Origin: a virus
Taxonomy: Duplodnaviria; Caudoviricetes
DNA length: 38,921 nucleotides
IMG/VR virus record: IMGVR_UViG_3300027612_000002
Span: 1 to 38,921 of that record
Reading direction: 5' to 3' (one strand)
Position numbers and translations under genes: made by a program. The notes beneath the pieces were generated by a model, which did not search any database, was not told the origin of the DNA, and saw only the letters and a program-made list of their open reading frames with translations. This document shows positions 26,247-36,299 of the stretch, in pieces (positions within the stretch are counted from its first letter, which is position 1; each line of letters starts with the position of its first letter).

Positions 26247-29200
26247 ATGAAATCACCACTGCTAACACTAAGCGATCAGGTCTTCAACGAATCTTTTTTG
26301 AAAGACGATTCAGCAGCACAGGTTGAGGAGAAGCCGTTCAATCCTCTTAGCGAAGTTGAGCGTAATAAATCTCAAGAAATATCTATCACAACTGGTGCAG
26401 CCTTAGATGAAGTAGAGGCCAAGCGTGAACTAGGTGACGGTAGTGCTGAGGCACAAGCTAGGGTTAACCACCTAAACACAGACTTCTCTGCGGATATTGA
26501 TTCAGCATATAATGAAGGTATGACTTCAGACGATGTAGCTACGATAATCCAAGAGAAGTCTGAAAAAGGTAAGGACATGACGGTAAGTGAATACCTGATG
26601 ATCCAAAACCTTATGCTTGGTGACCGTGACGTAAACCCATATGCAGCCAGAACTTTGTCAAACATGACAATCTGGAACAACCTCATGGTCAAGGCCATCG
26701 AAGAGAATGACCAATCAGGCTTCTCTAAGTTCCTGACGTTCCTTGACGTAAATATCCTACGGGAAATTACTTTAGGTGCCTTTGAAAATGTCACCTTTCG
26801 TTCTAACCGGGAAGGCTCTGAGATACGTGAAGCCTTTAACAGTAAGACCCCAGCTGAGTTTGAAGAGTGGGCTAAAGAATATATTATTGAACGTCAGGAT
26901 GAAGGCTTCTTTTCTAGGGACAGCATCTGGAACCTTTACAAGCAAGCTAACGACGCAACCTACTTAGGGTCTGACCCTATGGCTGGGCTTAATGCTTTGT
27001 TTGGGGTTGCCGATATTGCTACCCTAGGTTCTACAAAGATTGCTAAAGGTGCTGTTAGTGGTGCTATTACGGGAACCAAAGCAACAGTATCCTCAGCCCC
27101 TGAGATTGCAAGTAAGTTAACAAGTCTTGTCAAGTCACGCAAACCTATTGACACAGTAGCTGTTATGTCAGACGAGGTTGAAGCTGCCAATGTTTTAACC
27201 AAGATGGTAGACGACACAGGAGTTCAGACGGATAAGGTAAACGCTGGACGTAGTCTACCTGAAGACTTAGACCCAGTTAAAGGCCCGATTGAAAGACCTA
27301 GTCAAGCCGCAGTTCGTGAGAACACAAACAAGAATAACATTATTGAAGAGATAGAGACAGCTAACCGAAATGGTTCTTTTGGTGAGTACCTTCCCCGTGC
27401 TATTATCCAAGAGGTGGCTGAACAAACAGCTAAGAAAGTAGCTAGTAGAACAAACAATGTTGTTGTTAAGGCAACTACACTGGTTGACGAAGGCTCAGAA
27501 GATTTTAAAGTTGTTGTTCGTATGGGCAAGGACGGGTCAGGCACAGCCTTCCGTCGTAAAATGGATGCTGAAGCTATCGCAGCTAAAGACCCATCCCTTC
27601 GTGTTGTCAAGAAAGAACAAGGGCGGGGCTGGTGGATTGAGACTGAACAACGCTTAAATCTAGCGGATAAGTCTCCTCAGGCTGAGATACTTGCAAAAAA
27701 TAACATCGTTTCAGACGCAATAAATAAAGTTGTTGGCGCTGCAACAGTACGTCTAGGTGATAGATTAGGTGCCAAGTTCCTTCAGGCTGAGGCTGGTCAG
27801 GCTCTTATTGGAAATATTATCAAACCTTATGAAAAAACTATCCGGGCGGTTAAGGGTAAAGAACTAGAAAACCTATCTGACTTCTTCACCCAGCTTCGGG
27901 ATGGTAGGTACTCTCACGAAAGGAAGACCCCCACAAGGGCAGCCTTTGAGACAAGGTACCAGAAGGACTACGGGATGGTACCTAGTAAAAAGGTAGGGGA
28001 CGCATATGAAGCCCTTGTAGACATCAATGATGCGTCTTGGCATATACAGTCATCTGCTAGGCTTAAGCGTGCTGTAGAGGGCGGAGGTGTCTTCGCACAG
28101 CTAACTGATGGCCTTTCGTCTATAGCCTACCGTGTTCAGGCCAGAAACGTAGACGATCAGGTCTTAGACTTAGTTACTGGTCGGCCTATTCTTAAAGAAA
28201 AACTTGATGGTGATTTGATTATCTTTAAGTTAGAAGAACCCCTAATGGATCATGTCTACGTTACTAACGTAAAGTCAACCCGTGTACTTGAACGTGTTGA
28301 TGTTATGCCGTACAACGTAGGTGGGCCAAGAACAAACGCTGAGTTCCGTTGGTTTGTAGGTACAATTAAAGAACAGGCTATCCGTGGCAAGACTATTTCT
28401 ACGGGTTTAAAAACAATGCTAGGTTCTTTTGGGAAGAAACAAGCAGATCAGGCTGTGTTCGAACTTAATACTATCGCTACTAAGATAGACAAGTTAATGA
28501 AGAACGCAGGTGTGACAAAGCTTGAAGATTTAACTCTAAGTAAAGCTGACTACGAAGAACTAGGTGACCTGATCCGTGCTAACAACGATTGGAATAAACA
28601 CGTAACTGATCTGGAAGACCTACAGAAACTAGGTAGAGAGTACAATTTCAACTTCAATGAAAAGTTCGTTCTTAAAGCAAGGGATGAAAAAGTTACAGTC
28701 GATATGGCTGGTCAAAATCCTACTCGTATAGGTCTTACTGTTGGAGAAGACGTTTCCACAACTCTTAACGGACAGGGTATGAAGCGTCGTGACACTCCTC
28801 TGATGGAGTACGGCGGAAAGAAGGCTACTAACGACAGCCCTCTGGCAGCTATTGCAGATCAGTTTGGTAGTGAAGTGTATGGTTACGCAAACCGTGCAGC
28901 TACTAAGGATGCAATCGAAGGTTGGGGTCTCCTCGCTGAATCCAACAATGGTTTAATTAAAAACTGGGACGACATCAAAGGGCTTGACCCTATGCAGAGG
29001 TTCCTTCAGGCTGAAGTAACAACTACAGGAAAATTTAATGACATAGCCACACAGTTGCGTGAGCAACAGGCTGTCATAAAACGTAGACTGAACCAACCTA
29101 CTCTAGCTTCTAAAGCGTGGGAAGTCTTTACTACTCAGGCTACCGAAACAATCTTTGAAAAAACAGGTAAGAAAAGTATTGCAGGTTTTAGCCTTGATCT

Positions 29201-30731
29201 AACCAAGACTGACCCTGCCTCTCGTTTACTCCAAGTAGGTTTCTACTCTAAGTTCGGTTTCTTCAACCCTGACCAGTTTATGCTTCAGGGTCTACACAGC
29301 GTTGTAATTGCGGGTATTTCCCCTAAGTATGGTACTAAAGCTATGGGTCTTACCGCACCAATGCTTGCGATAATGCACCCTAACCTTAGTAAACCTGCCC
29401 GTGACCTTGCAATACAACGCATGTCTAATTTTACCAAGCTATCTGTTGACGAATTAAACGACTTGGTTCGTTATATAGACGAGAGTGGACGTAATATTGT
29501 AGACAATCAGGTTATAGAACTTCAAGGACCACAGAAGTTTGGTGCGTCAAGTACTTTGCTAGGTAAAAGCCAAGAAGGTGTTGGTAAATTCTTAGACTTC
29601 TCTACTCTGTTCTTCAAGGAAGGTGAACGCTCTTCTCGTTTGACAGGTCTAATAACAGCCTTTCTTGAACACCAAGCGAAACGACCTGATATTAGCCCCT
29701 TCTCCCCTGAAGGTAAACGCTGGATTACTAACCGTGAGCAAGACCTAACCTTCCGTATGACAACTGGCTCCCGTAGTTTTGCGCAGTCTGGCCCAATGAG
29801 GGTGCCAACACAGTGGCTATCGTACTCTTTAAGGAGTTTAGAGAACATTGCGGTAGGCCGTAACTTCACACCTAAAGAACGGTTTGGTATGTTCATCACT
29901 CTTGGACCTCTATGGGGTCTGACAGGTCTAGGGTTAGGCCAAACAGCGGGTTATGTCACAGAAAAACTTGGTTACTCTGCTGAAGACCCTGAATCAGTTA
30001 AGATGTTTAACAAAGTTAAGTACGGTTTGTTTGACCAGTTACTTGGGTGGAGTCTTGGAACTGAGACAGCCTATGCTACCCGTGTAGCCCCAGCTGAACA
30101 GGTGAAAGACACCTACCGTAAGTTATTTGAAGACCCCTTACTTACAACTTTGTTCGGGCCTTCTGGTCAAATTGCAAACGATATGTACAAGGTAGGTTCC
30201 AATGCCGTGAAATCAATGGTTTCTGGTCGTACCTCAATGGTCAGAGAAGACTTAACACAGCTACTGCGTAACCTTTCTACTGTAGACAAGGGATATAAAA
30301 TTGCCGAGTTAATTGAAACAGGTAACTATCGCAGTAAAACGTATAAACTCGCTGTCAGTGGCCTAGCCCCAAATGATGCGGCAGCTGTTTTAGTTGGCGC
30401 TACCCCAGCACCTGTTCAAAACTACTACGATTATAGAGAAATGGTTTATACAAAGAACCAAGAGTTCAAAGAAATCTCAACGAAGTTAAAATCTAAAGCT
30501 ACACTTGCGATGGACCTCTTGACAAGTGGGGACAAAGATGATATGATTAGAGGCGATAGTCTTTGGACAGAAATCACAGATGAACTATGGGCGTCTAGGC
30601 TTTCGAACGAACTAAAAATCTCCCTTCAGAACAGCCTAGTTAATGTAGGTCAGGTTGCAGACATTTTTAGAAACGCACATAGACTAGAATTAGAACGTGA
30701 GTCAAGCTTCTTGTCTCATCAGATGCAGTAA
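26247..30731 (+). CDS. Large internal virion (ejection) protein
   Basis: 1494 aa, mostly helical; position; no RNA polymerase or lysozyme motif recognised. Confidence 0.7.
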   Translation: MKSPLLTLSDQVFNESFLKDDSAAQVEEKPFNPLSEVERNKSQEISITTGAALDEVEAKRELGDGSAEAQARVNHLNTDFSADIDSAYNEGMTSDDVATIIQEKSEKGKDMTVSEYLMIQNLMLGDRDVNPYAARTLSNMTIWNNLMVKAIEENDQSGFSKFLTFLDVNILREITLGAFENVTFRSNREGSEIREAFNSKTPAEFEEWAKEYIIERQDEGFFSRDSIWNLYKQANDATYLGSDPMAGLNALFGVADIATLGSTKIAKGAVSGAITGTKATVSSAPEIASKLTSLVKSRKPIDTVAVMSDEVEAANVLTKMVDDTGVQTDKVNAGRSLPEDLDPVKGPIERPSQAAVRENTNKNNIIEEIETANRNGSFGEYLPRAIIQEVAEQTAKKVASRTNNVVVKATTLVDEGSEDFKVVVRMGKDGSGTAFRRKMDAEAIAAKDPSLRVVKKEQGRGWWIETEQRLNLADKSPQAEILAKNNIVSDAINKVVGAATVRLGDRLGAKFLQAEAGQALIGNIIKPYEKTIRAVKGKELENLSDFFTQLRDGRYSHERKTPTRAAFETRYQKDYGMVPSKKVGDAYEALVDINDASWHIQSSARLKRAVEGGGVFAQLTDGLSSIAYRVQARNVDDQVLDLVTGRPILKEKLDGDLIIFKLEEPLMDHVYVTNVKSTRVLERVDVMPYNVGGPRTNAEFRWFVGTIKEQAIRGKTISTGLKTMLGSFGKKQADQAVFELNTIATKIDKLMKNAGVTKLEDLTLSKADYEELGDLIRANNDWNKHVTDLEDLQKLGREYNFNFNEKFVLKARDEKVTVDMAGQNPTRIGLTVGEDVSTTLNGQGMKRRDTPLMEYGGKKATNDSPLAAIADQFGSEVYGYANRAATKDAIEGWGLLAESNNGLIKNWDDIKGLDPMQRFLQAEVTTTGKFNDIATQLREQQAVIKRRLNQPTLASKAWEVFTTQATETIFEKTGKKSIAGFSLDLTKTDPASRLLQVGFYSKFGFFNPDQFMLQGLHSVVIAGISPKYGTKAMGLTAPMLAIMHPNLSKPARDLAIQRMSNFTKLSVDELNDLVRYIDESGRNIVDNQVIELQGPQKFGASSTLLGKSQEGVGKFLDFSTLFFKEGERSSRLTGLITAFLEHQAKRPDISPFSPEGKRWITNREQDLTFRMTTGSRSFAQSGPMRVPTQWLSYSLRSLENIAVGRNFTPKERFGMFITLGPLWGLTGLGLGQTAGYVTEKLGYSAEDPESVKMFNKVKYGLFDQLLGWSLGTETAYATRVAPAEQVKDTYRKLFEDPLLTTLFGPSGQIANDMYKVGSNAVKSMVSGRTSMVREDLTQLLRNLSTVDKGYKIAELIETGNYRSKTYKLAVSGLAPNDAAAVLVGATPAPVQNYYDYREMVYTKNQEFKEISTKLKSKATLAMDLLTSGDKDDMIRGDSLWTEITDELWASRLSNELKISLQNSLVNVGQVADIFRNAHRLELERESSFLSHQMQ
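30519..30547 (+). promoter_or_regulatory. Intragenic sigma70 promoter upstream of the 682 aa gene
   Basis: TTGACA-17 nt-TATGAT with extended -10 TG. Confidence 0.65.
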
Positions 30732-30740
30732 GGAAAAGAA

Positions 30741-32789
30741 ATGGCAGGTTTTGCGGTAGATATTGGCGAGGCAGGAACAGCTGCGAATCGTGGCGTTGCA
30801 ACCCCAAGCTACAGAATTTACGACAGCGCTTCAAACCAGACAGCGGCTATCGGTAAAGGGTTGTTCGGTGTCTTAGACGACTACGCTAGGACTGAGGCCA
30901 AGAACGTACCCTCCGCATCCGCTATTCAGGATGCAAAACAAACTGCGTATGCTACGGAACTACTCAATCTAAAGGGGACAGACCCCACCCAGATGCGAAG
31001 TAGAGTAGATTCACTTTTTTCTCAAGCTGTTGCAAACGGGTTAGTTAAAAATCAACAAGTCGCAGATGTGACAATGACTCTAACAGGGGTTGACATTAAA
31101 CATATTAACTCTAACCCTTACCTAGCGGTACAAAACAAAGTTGCCGCAGTTATTTCAGAAAACCCTGCTTGGAATTTTATAGCGATAGATGAATTAAACG
31201 CATCAGGTAACGATAAACCAACCCAAGAAGAGATAACGCAGAAGACAATGAGTCTTATCATGCAGACTGAGGCAGCTAGTCTTATTTCTGCCAACGCAGC
31301 TACCATGTCTCAAGCACAGTGGGATCGTTCAGGCAACAACACGGCCATCTTAGCACTTGACACCATCCGTACCGTAGGTCTTAAACAACTTGAGATTGAA
31401 ATTGGTGGGGGTAATGTCAACCCAGAGAGTTTAGAAAGACTTAAGGCTGAGGTGGCGAGTGTTAGAGCAAGTTTCCCTAAGCCTACGTATGTTTCAACTG
31501 AGTCTTACTCAGGGGTACAGACAAGACTAGACGCATTGGACGCCCTTGTTCAAACAATTGAGAAATACGACACAAATATAATAGCCAACACTAAGCAAGG
31601 CATCCTTAATAAGGTTGATGCAGCAATCATTCAACAAATTGAAGCCAACGAAGATGCTAATCCACTTCTAGCAAGGGCTATGTTACAAAACCTAGACAAA
31701 CTCACAGAGGTTTTCGGTACCAAACAGTTCCAAGAGATTGCCGCTATCCTTAGCGGTGTAAAGTTGGAGGATGTACCGTATACATCTGTTGATTTCTCTA
31801 GTATGTTAGAGGGTGAACTTGCCGCAGCTACGGAGAATGGACCTGAAGCTGGAGCCTTACTCCACGACCAAGACGAAATAGATAAGGCGACTGTAAGGAC
31901 ACCCTCTGAACGGCTAAGTGTTATCCAACACTCTTTGTTCCTTAACGTAACCTCTTTCGAGCCTGAGGCTATGAACCAAGAGGACGCACGTAAGGCTTTC
32001 CTTGAGGGTATCGACAAGGTGTCTCTTAACATCACCACAGCTTCGCAGCTTTTAGATAGCACAATGATGTTCCACCCCCGTACTGGTATCTTCGGTGAAA
32101 AAACTTTTTCTATGCTCAAGAAAATAGAACAGCTAGACCCAGCCGCAGCAAAAGGCGCAAGGGCGCAGCTGACACAGGCTATTCAAGCACAGGCTACAAT
32201 ATTTACAACGGCTCAAAGTGGGGTGGTAGCAGATACTGTCTTTGAACTTAAGGGTGTAGGTAAGATAGGGCTTAGAGTACCTCTTGAAAATCTTGCAGGA
32301 GGTCTTGCTAAAGACTTTGCTGACAAGCACTACGGAGGTAACGTCTTTAATATGCTTAAGGACAAAGGTTCCGCCTTGAGTACCGAAGAGAAAACAAGAC
32401 TACGTGGCAAAGGTTTCCCAGTAGCAGCCTTGTCAATGCAGTATGCAGAGATTACCCGTATCAATGAGGTTAACAAGAAGTTTGCAAACTCCCTGAAAAA
32501 ATTAGGTGTTAATACTACTGAGTTTGAAAACTTAATACTTAGTAGACAGGAGACAGAACTACCTGCACCTGCCTTCGACGGACCTAAGCCTATGAACCAA
32601 GAGTCTCTCGCTCTAATCGCAGAAGGTGAAGAATACGTTGACGACCAAGGAAACTCCCAAGTAAAACCATATACTATTAAAGGAGATACAGATGAGGCGC
32701 AGCAAACTTTCTTTGATTCCTTACCTGTTGATGCTCCTTTTATTAACCCAGCTGACGGTAGAGTTCTTTACAAAAAAGCAACTGAGTAG
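30741..32789 (+). CDS. Internal virion protein
   Basis: 682 aa helical protein; AAGGA RBS; position. Confidence 0.65.
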   Translation: MAGFAVDIGEAGTAANRGVATPSYRIYDSASNQTAAIGKGLFGVLDDYARTEAKNVPSASAIQDAKQTAYATELLNLKGTDPTQMRSRVDSLFSQAVANGLVKNQQVADVTMTLTGVDIKHINSNPYLAVQNKVAAVISENPAWNFIAIDELNASGNDKPTQEEITQKTMSLIMQTEAASLISANAATMSQAQWDRSGNNTAILALDTIRTVGLKQLEIEIGGGNVNPESLERLKAEVASVRASFPKPTYVSTESYSGVQTRLDALDALVQTIEKYDTNIIANTKQGILNKVDAAIIQQIEANEDANPLLARAMLQNLDKLTEVFGTKQFQEIAAILSGVKLEDVPYTSVDFSSMLEGELAAATENGPEAGALLHDQDEIDKATVRTPSERLSVIQHSLFLNVTSFEPEAMNQEDARKAFLEGIDKVSLNITTASQLLDSTMMFHPRTGIFGEKTFSMLKKIEQLDPAAAKGARAQLTQAIQAQATIFTTAQSGVVADTVFELKGVGKIGLRVPLENLAGGLAKDFADKHYGGNVFNMLKDKGSALSTEEKTRLRGKGFPVAALSMQYAEITRINEVNKKFANSLKKLGVNTTEFENLILSRQETELPAPAFDGPKPMNQESLALIAEGEEYVDDQGNSQVKPYTIKGDTDEAQQTFFDSLPVDAPFINPADGRVLYKKATE

Positions 32790-32802
32790 GGAGGTAGTAA
32801 AT

Positions 32803-33366
32803 ATGTTAGACTTCTCAAGTCAGGCTACCGAAACACCGCCTGAGAAAACTGCACCCAAGGCACCTGTAGTAAGTTCTTCTACAAGCCTTAACCCCGCATC
32901 TGTTACTCAAAGTACCCTGTCTGCGGTAGAAGCTAGAGGATACGATACACTCTTTGGTAATTACGAGTCTGGTGATACGCCTTTCAAGGGTTACTCCGTC
33001 TCAACTAAAACAGTAGGCGAGTTGATAGACTTCTCTAGTCCTTCTGGTGAGTACGGTTCATACGTTAAACCTAGGTTGCCTAAAACTACAGAGGCTTATA
33101 AGCGTGGTTTGACATCAACACCTATGGGTAGGTACCAGATTGTAGGTGGAACACTTCGTGACCTAGTCAATCGTATGAGGTTACCTAAAGATACCGTGTT
33201 CAACAAGGCTACACAGGACCGGATGTTTCTTTTCTTAGCTAAAGAAAATATTGCTAAAGGTAAGACACAGACGCAAAAGCGGAAAAACCTTCGTAGTATC
33301 TGGGAAGGTTTTAGAAAAGTAGACGACGCTACTCTTGACGCCCTAATTAAAGAGGTGAGTAACTAA
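32803..33366 (+). CDS. Lysozyme-fold peptidoglycan hydrolase (lambda R / GH104-like)
   Basis: VEARGYDTLFG, STPMGRYQIV, FNKATQD and WEGF motifs; GGAGG RBS before the ATG at 32803. Confidence 0.8.
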   Translation: MLDFSSQATETPPEKTAPKAPVVSSSTSLNPASVTQSTLSAVEARGYDTLFGNYESGDTPFKGYSVSTKTVGELIDFSSPSGEYGSYVKPRLPKTTEAYKRGLTSTPMGRYQIVGGTLRDLVNRMRLPKDTVFNKATQDRMFLFLAKENIAKGKTQTQKRKNLRSIWEGFRKVDDATLDALIKEVSN

Positions 33367-34229
33367 TGGACTTCTCAAGTCAGGCCTCAGAAACATTAGG
33401 TGATACAACATCAAAACCTTCTGCACCTAAAGCAACTCCTAGACCTGTGGCTCAAGGGGGTGACTTTGAGTTGCCTTCTTTGTGGAAAAAGGTGCTAGAG
33501 GGTGCTGCAAATGCTATGGAAACAGGAACAGAATTTGTTTCTGACATAGCTTCGGAGGCTGTAGAGACTACACCTGAGGTTGTAGAGAACCTTAAGGAAC
33601 GTGCAGGTGTTGTGTCAGATGCAGCGTCTAAAACTTCCACTGTGTTCAAGGCTGTCACATCCCCTGTCGGCAAAAACTTTTTAAACGATATTCTTTTCGG
33701 AAGCCTAGGCTCTACGGGAGGAAAAGAAGTTTTTTCACAGGGTGGTTTAGACCTTATGAGACAGCTTGTTCTTGATGCAGGTATTCTTGAAAAGGGTTCT
33801 GTAACTATTGGTAAAGATGTTTATAAAAAATTAAAAAGTGATATAAATATAAATCAAACGGGAGGTACTTCAGCTGGAGGTATCGTAAAAGCCCTAGCTG
33901 AAGGTGACCCAGCCGATGAAATCAAGCTAATCCTTGGTCAGTTTAGTGCTGAAATTGATGATAACAACGACATTATTATTACGGATAGGTTCAACTACAA
34001 CTCATTTATCAACCCCCTTGATGGTAAAGAATACAACGCTGAACAATACGGAGCAGCTATTGAACAAGGAAAGTTTACTCAGTTAGAAGTCCTAATGTCT
34101 ATATTTTCAGGGGAACCAAACTACAAGATGGTACGTGCGGCAGGTTTTGTATTAGGCAGTAAAGATTACAAAGACGATGCCCGTGATGAAGGACGCGAAT
34201 TTAAAATAAACCTAGGACCAGCAAGCTAA
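33366..34229 (+). CDS. Hypothetical (probably virion) protein
   Basis: 287 aa; LGQF..DNNDIIITDRFNY motif; shares its N-terminal tag with the upstream gene. Confidence 0.7.
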   Translation: MDFSSQASETLGDTTSKPSAPKATPRPVAQGGDFELPSLWKKVLEGAANAMETGTEFVSDIASEAVETTPEVVENLKERAGVVSDAASKTSTVFKAVTSPVGKNFLNDILFGSLGSTGGKEVFSQGGLDLMRQLVLDAGILEKGSVTIGKDVYKKLKSDININQTGGTSAGGIVKALAEGDPADEIKLILGQFSAEIDDNNDIIITDRFNYNSFINPLDGKEYNAEQYGAAIEQGKFTQLEVLMSIFSGEPNYKMVRAAGFVLGSKDYKDDARDEGREFKINLGPAS

Positions 34230-34651
34230 TGTTTGGGCTGCCACTAGAACTAATCACTATGCTTTTCTCTACGGTCCTTGGTGGTGTCATGTCCATCTGG
34301 GGTCAGAGCAACAAGAACAAGGCTGAACAACAGGCCATGCTCATTGGAGCGACTAACACAGCCAGAGAGTACGGATCAAAGGACAAGCACTTTGCTTGGA
34401 CACGTAGGATCATAGCACTCTCAGCTGTCATTTCAATCATCGTACTACCTAAGCTAGTAGCTGTGTGGTATCCAGAAGTACCCGTGTTCGTAGGGTACAC
34501 AGAAGTACAAGGTGGTTTCTGGAACTTCCTGTTTGGACCTGACAAGCAGATCGTATGGCAGTCTGCTCAAGGGTTCGTCATCACACCGCTGGACACTCAC
34601 ATTGTGTCAGCTATCGTTGGACTATATTTCGGTGCGGGGTTTGCGAAGTAA
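34229..34651 (+). CDS. Putative holin (3 hydrophobic segments)
   Basis: WTRRIIA and AIVGLYFG motifs; near the lysozyme gene. Confidence 0.6.
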   Translation: MFGLPLELITMLFSTVLGGVMSIWGQSNKNKAEQQAMLIGATNTAREYGSKDKHFAWTRRIIALSAVISIIVLPKLVAVWYPEVPVFVGYTEVQGGFWNFLFGPDKQIVWQSAQGFVITPLDTHIVSAIVGLYFGAGFAK

Positions 34652-34899
34652 TGGAAAATAAGAGTGTATCTATATCTTTTTTAGTAGGTATCTTGTTTCA
34701 AACAGGAGCCTTAGTTTGGTACGTGTCAAGCCTAGCCAGTGCTATCGACTTAAATGCCCGTGACATTGGCAGACATGAGGCAAGACTAGAAACTCTTGGT
34801 GCTATCATCCAGTCACAGGCCATTACCTTGGGACGTATGGACGAGAACATTAAGTCCATCCGTGAGATGATGGAAGACAGACGTACCCAAGAGGATTAA
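34651..34899 (+). CDS. Membrane-anchored coiled-coil protein (82 aa)
   Basis: TAATG-coupled start at 34651; one TM segment followed by heptads. Confidence 0.65.
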   Translation: MENKSVSISFLVGILFQTGALVWYVSSLASAIDLNARDIGRHEARLETLGAIIQSQAITLGRMDENIKSIREMMEDRRTQED

Positions 34900-34902
34900 T
34901 TC

Positions 34903-35259
34903 ATGGACAACATAAAACTTCCTATAGCCCTAGTCTTAGCTATGGCAGTACAACTTGCAGGGGGTGTCTGGTGGGTGTCTCAACAGGCAGCTACAATCTC
35001 TAACCTAGAGGAAACTGTTAGTCAGCTAGGTTCTCGTATGGCTATTGAGGATAACGTAAATTTAAAGCGTGACGTTCTAGATAACTCAATGGAACTTGAG
35101 TACATATGGAACGAGGTTGAGGAAATCTGGGACGAACTTGCGAGTATGGCTATGACCATAAACGAGATTAACAAAATTAAACAACGTGTAGCTGTCATTG
35201 AGAATGACCTCAAGTATATTGGTAGAGACCACAGGGATATGAAGGGTGGTATGGAGTAG
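34903..35259 (+). CDS. Membrane-anchored coiled-coil protein (118 aa)
   Basis: N-terminal TM segment ending GGVWWVS, followed by a coiled coil. Confidence 0.7.
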   Translation: MDNIKLPIALVLAMAVQLAGGVWWVSQQAATISNLEETVSQLGSRMAIEDNVNLKRDVLDNSMELEYIWNEVEEIWDELASMAMTINEINKIKQRVAVIENDLKYIGRDHRDMKGGME

Positions 35260-35729
35260 TGGACCCCCTCACTTGCATAGCTGCCGCCAGCACAGCTTAC
35301 AAGGCCATAAAGAAAGGCTTTGAGGTAGGTAAGGAAATATCCTCTATGGGTAGCCAGTTACAGCAGTGGTCTAAGGCCATCTCTGACTTGGACTATGCAC
35401 ATGAGAAGGCATCCAAGCCACCCATGTACAAGATGTTCTCCGATACACAGAGTCAGGCGTTAGAGGCTTGGTCATGCAAGAAGCAAGCACAAGAGATGAG
35501 AGAGGAACTACGTAGCTACATCAGTTTCGTACACGGCCCATCAGCTTGGGATGAAATAGTACGTACTGAGGCGAGGATGCGCAAGGAACAAAGAGAACAG
35601 GTCTACAAGAAGCAAGAGTTTATAGACAACTGCATCAATTGGGGTGTGGGTATAATAGTTGCTATGGCTGGTGTAGCAGGGCTACTCTTTGTGTCCTACT
35701 TGATTGGCAAGCAACAGGGAAAATTTTAA
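35259..35729 (+). CDS. Hypothetical protein with C-terminal TM helix
   Basis: GTG start overlapping the upstream stop; MDPLT..A N-terminus. Confidence 0.7.
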   Translation: MDPLTCIAAASTAYKAIKKGFEVGKEISSMGSQLQQWSKAISDLDYAHEKASKPPMYKMFSDTQSQALEAWSCKKQAQEMREELRSYISFVHGPSAWDEIVRTEARMRKEQREQVYKKQEFIDNCINWGVGIIVAMAGVAGLLFVSYLIGKQQGKF

Positions 35730-35977
35730 TGGCTAAACTAGATAAGTCAAAGATGAAATGTAATAAGCCTAAGGCTACACCTGACCACAAAACTAAGTCT
35801 CATGTGGTGAAGGCTTGCTATGACGGTAAAGAAAAGATTATCAGGTTTGGTCAGAAGGGTGTCAAGGGTAGCCCTGATGGGTCAGCCCGTAACAAAGCAT
35901 TTAAGGCACGACACAAGAAGAACATTGCTAAGGGTAAATCTTCTGCGGCATACTGGGCTAACAAGGTTAAGTGGTGA
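35729..35977 (+). CDS. Small basic protein (82 aa)
   Basis: TAATG start; IIRFGQKG..FKARH..SAAYWA..W motif. Confidence 0.75.
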   Translation: MAKLDKSKMKCNKPKATPDHKTKSHVVKACYDGKEKIIRFGQKGVKGSPDGSARNKAFKARHKKNIAKGKSSAAYWANKVKW

Positions 35978-36006
35978 TACTGCTTTAAGATAGGGGAGAG
36001 TGCATA

Positions 36007-36138
36007 ATGCCTACTAAGAAATTAACAGATGCTCAAAAGTATCAGCAACTCAAACGGCAAACTGAGTCGGCTGGTATGTCAGTTAAAGAAGTTGATGGTA
36101 AAATTGTTGTAAGTCGTAAGAAGAAGAAGGCAAAGTAA
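36007..36138 (+). CDS. Small basic protein (43 aa, MPTKKLTDAQKY...)
   Basis: Translated by hand; GGGGAG RBS. Confidence 0.65.
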   Translation: MPTKKLTDAQKYQQLKRQTESAGMSVKEVDGKIVVSRKKKKAK

Positions 36139-36299
36139 TGGCTAAGAAGCCGAAGAGAGATGCTTGCTATAAGAAGGTCAAGTCTAGGTACACACGCAAC
36201 GGTGGTACTTGGCCTTCTGCTTATGCAAGTGGAGCATTAGTGCAGTGCCGTAAAGTAGGTGCTGCTAATTGGGGTACTAAAAGTAAGAAGAAAAAGTAA
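36138..36299 (+). CDS. Small basic protein (53 aa) with WPSAYASGALVQCRK motif
   Basis: Translated by hand; TAATG coupling at both ends. Confidence 0.7.
   Translation: MAKKPKRDACYKKVKSRYTRNGGTWPSAYASGALVQCRKVGAANWGTKSKKKK

Noticed and set aside
26247-30731. Virion RNA polymerase
   Set aside because: No single-subunit or DxDGD-type RNA polymerase motifs recognised; size and position fit an ejection protein
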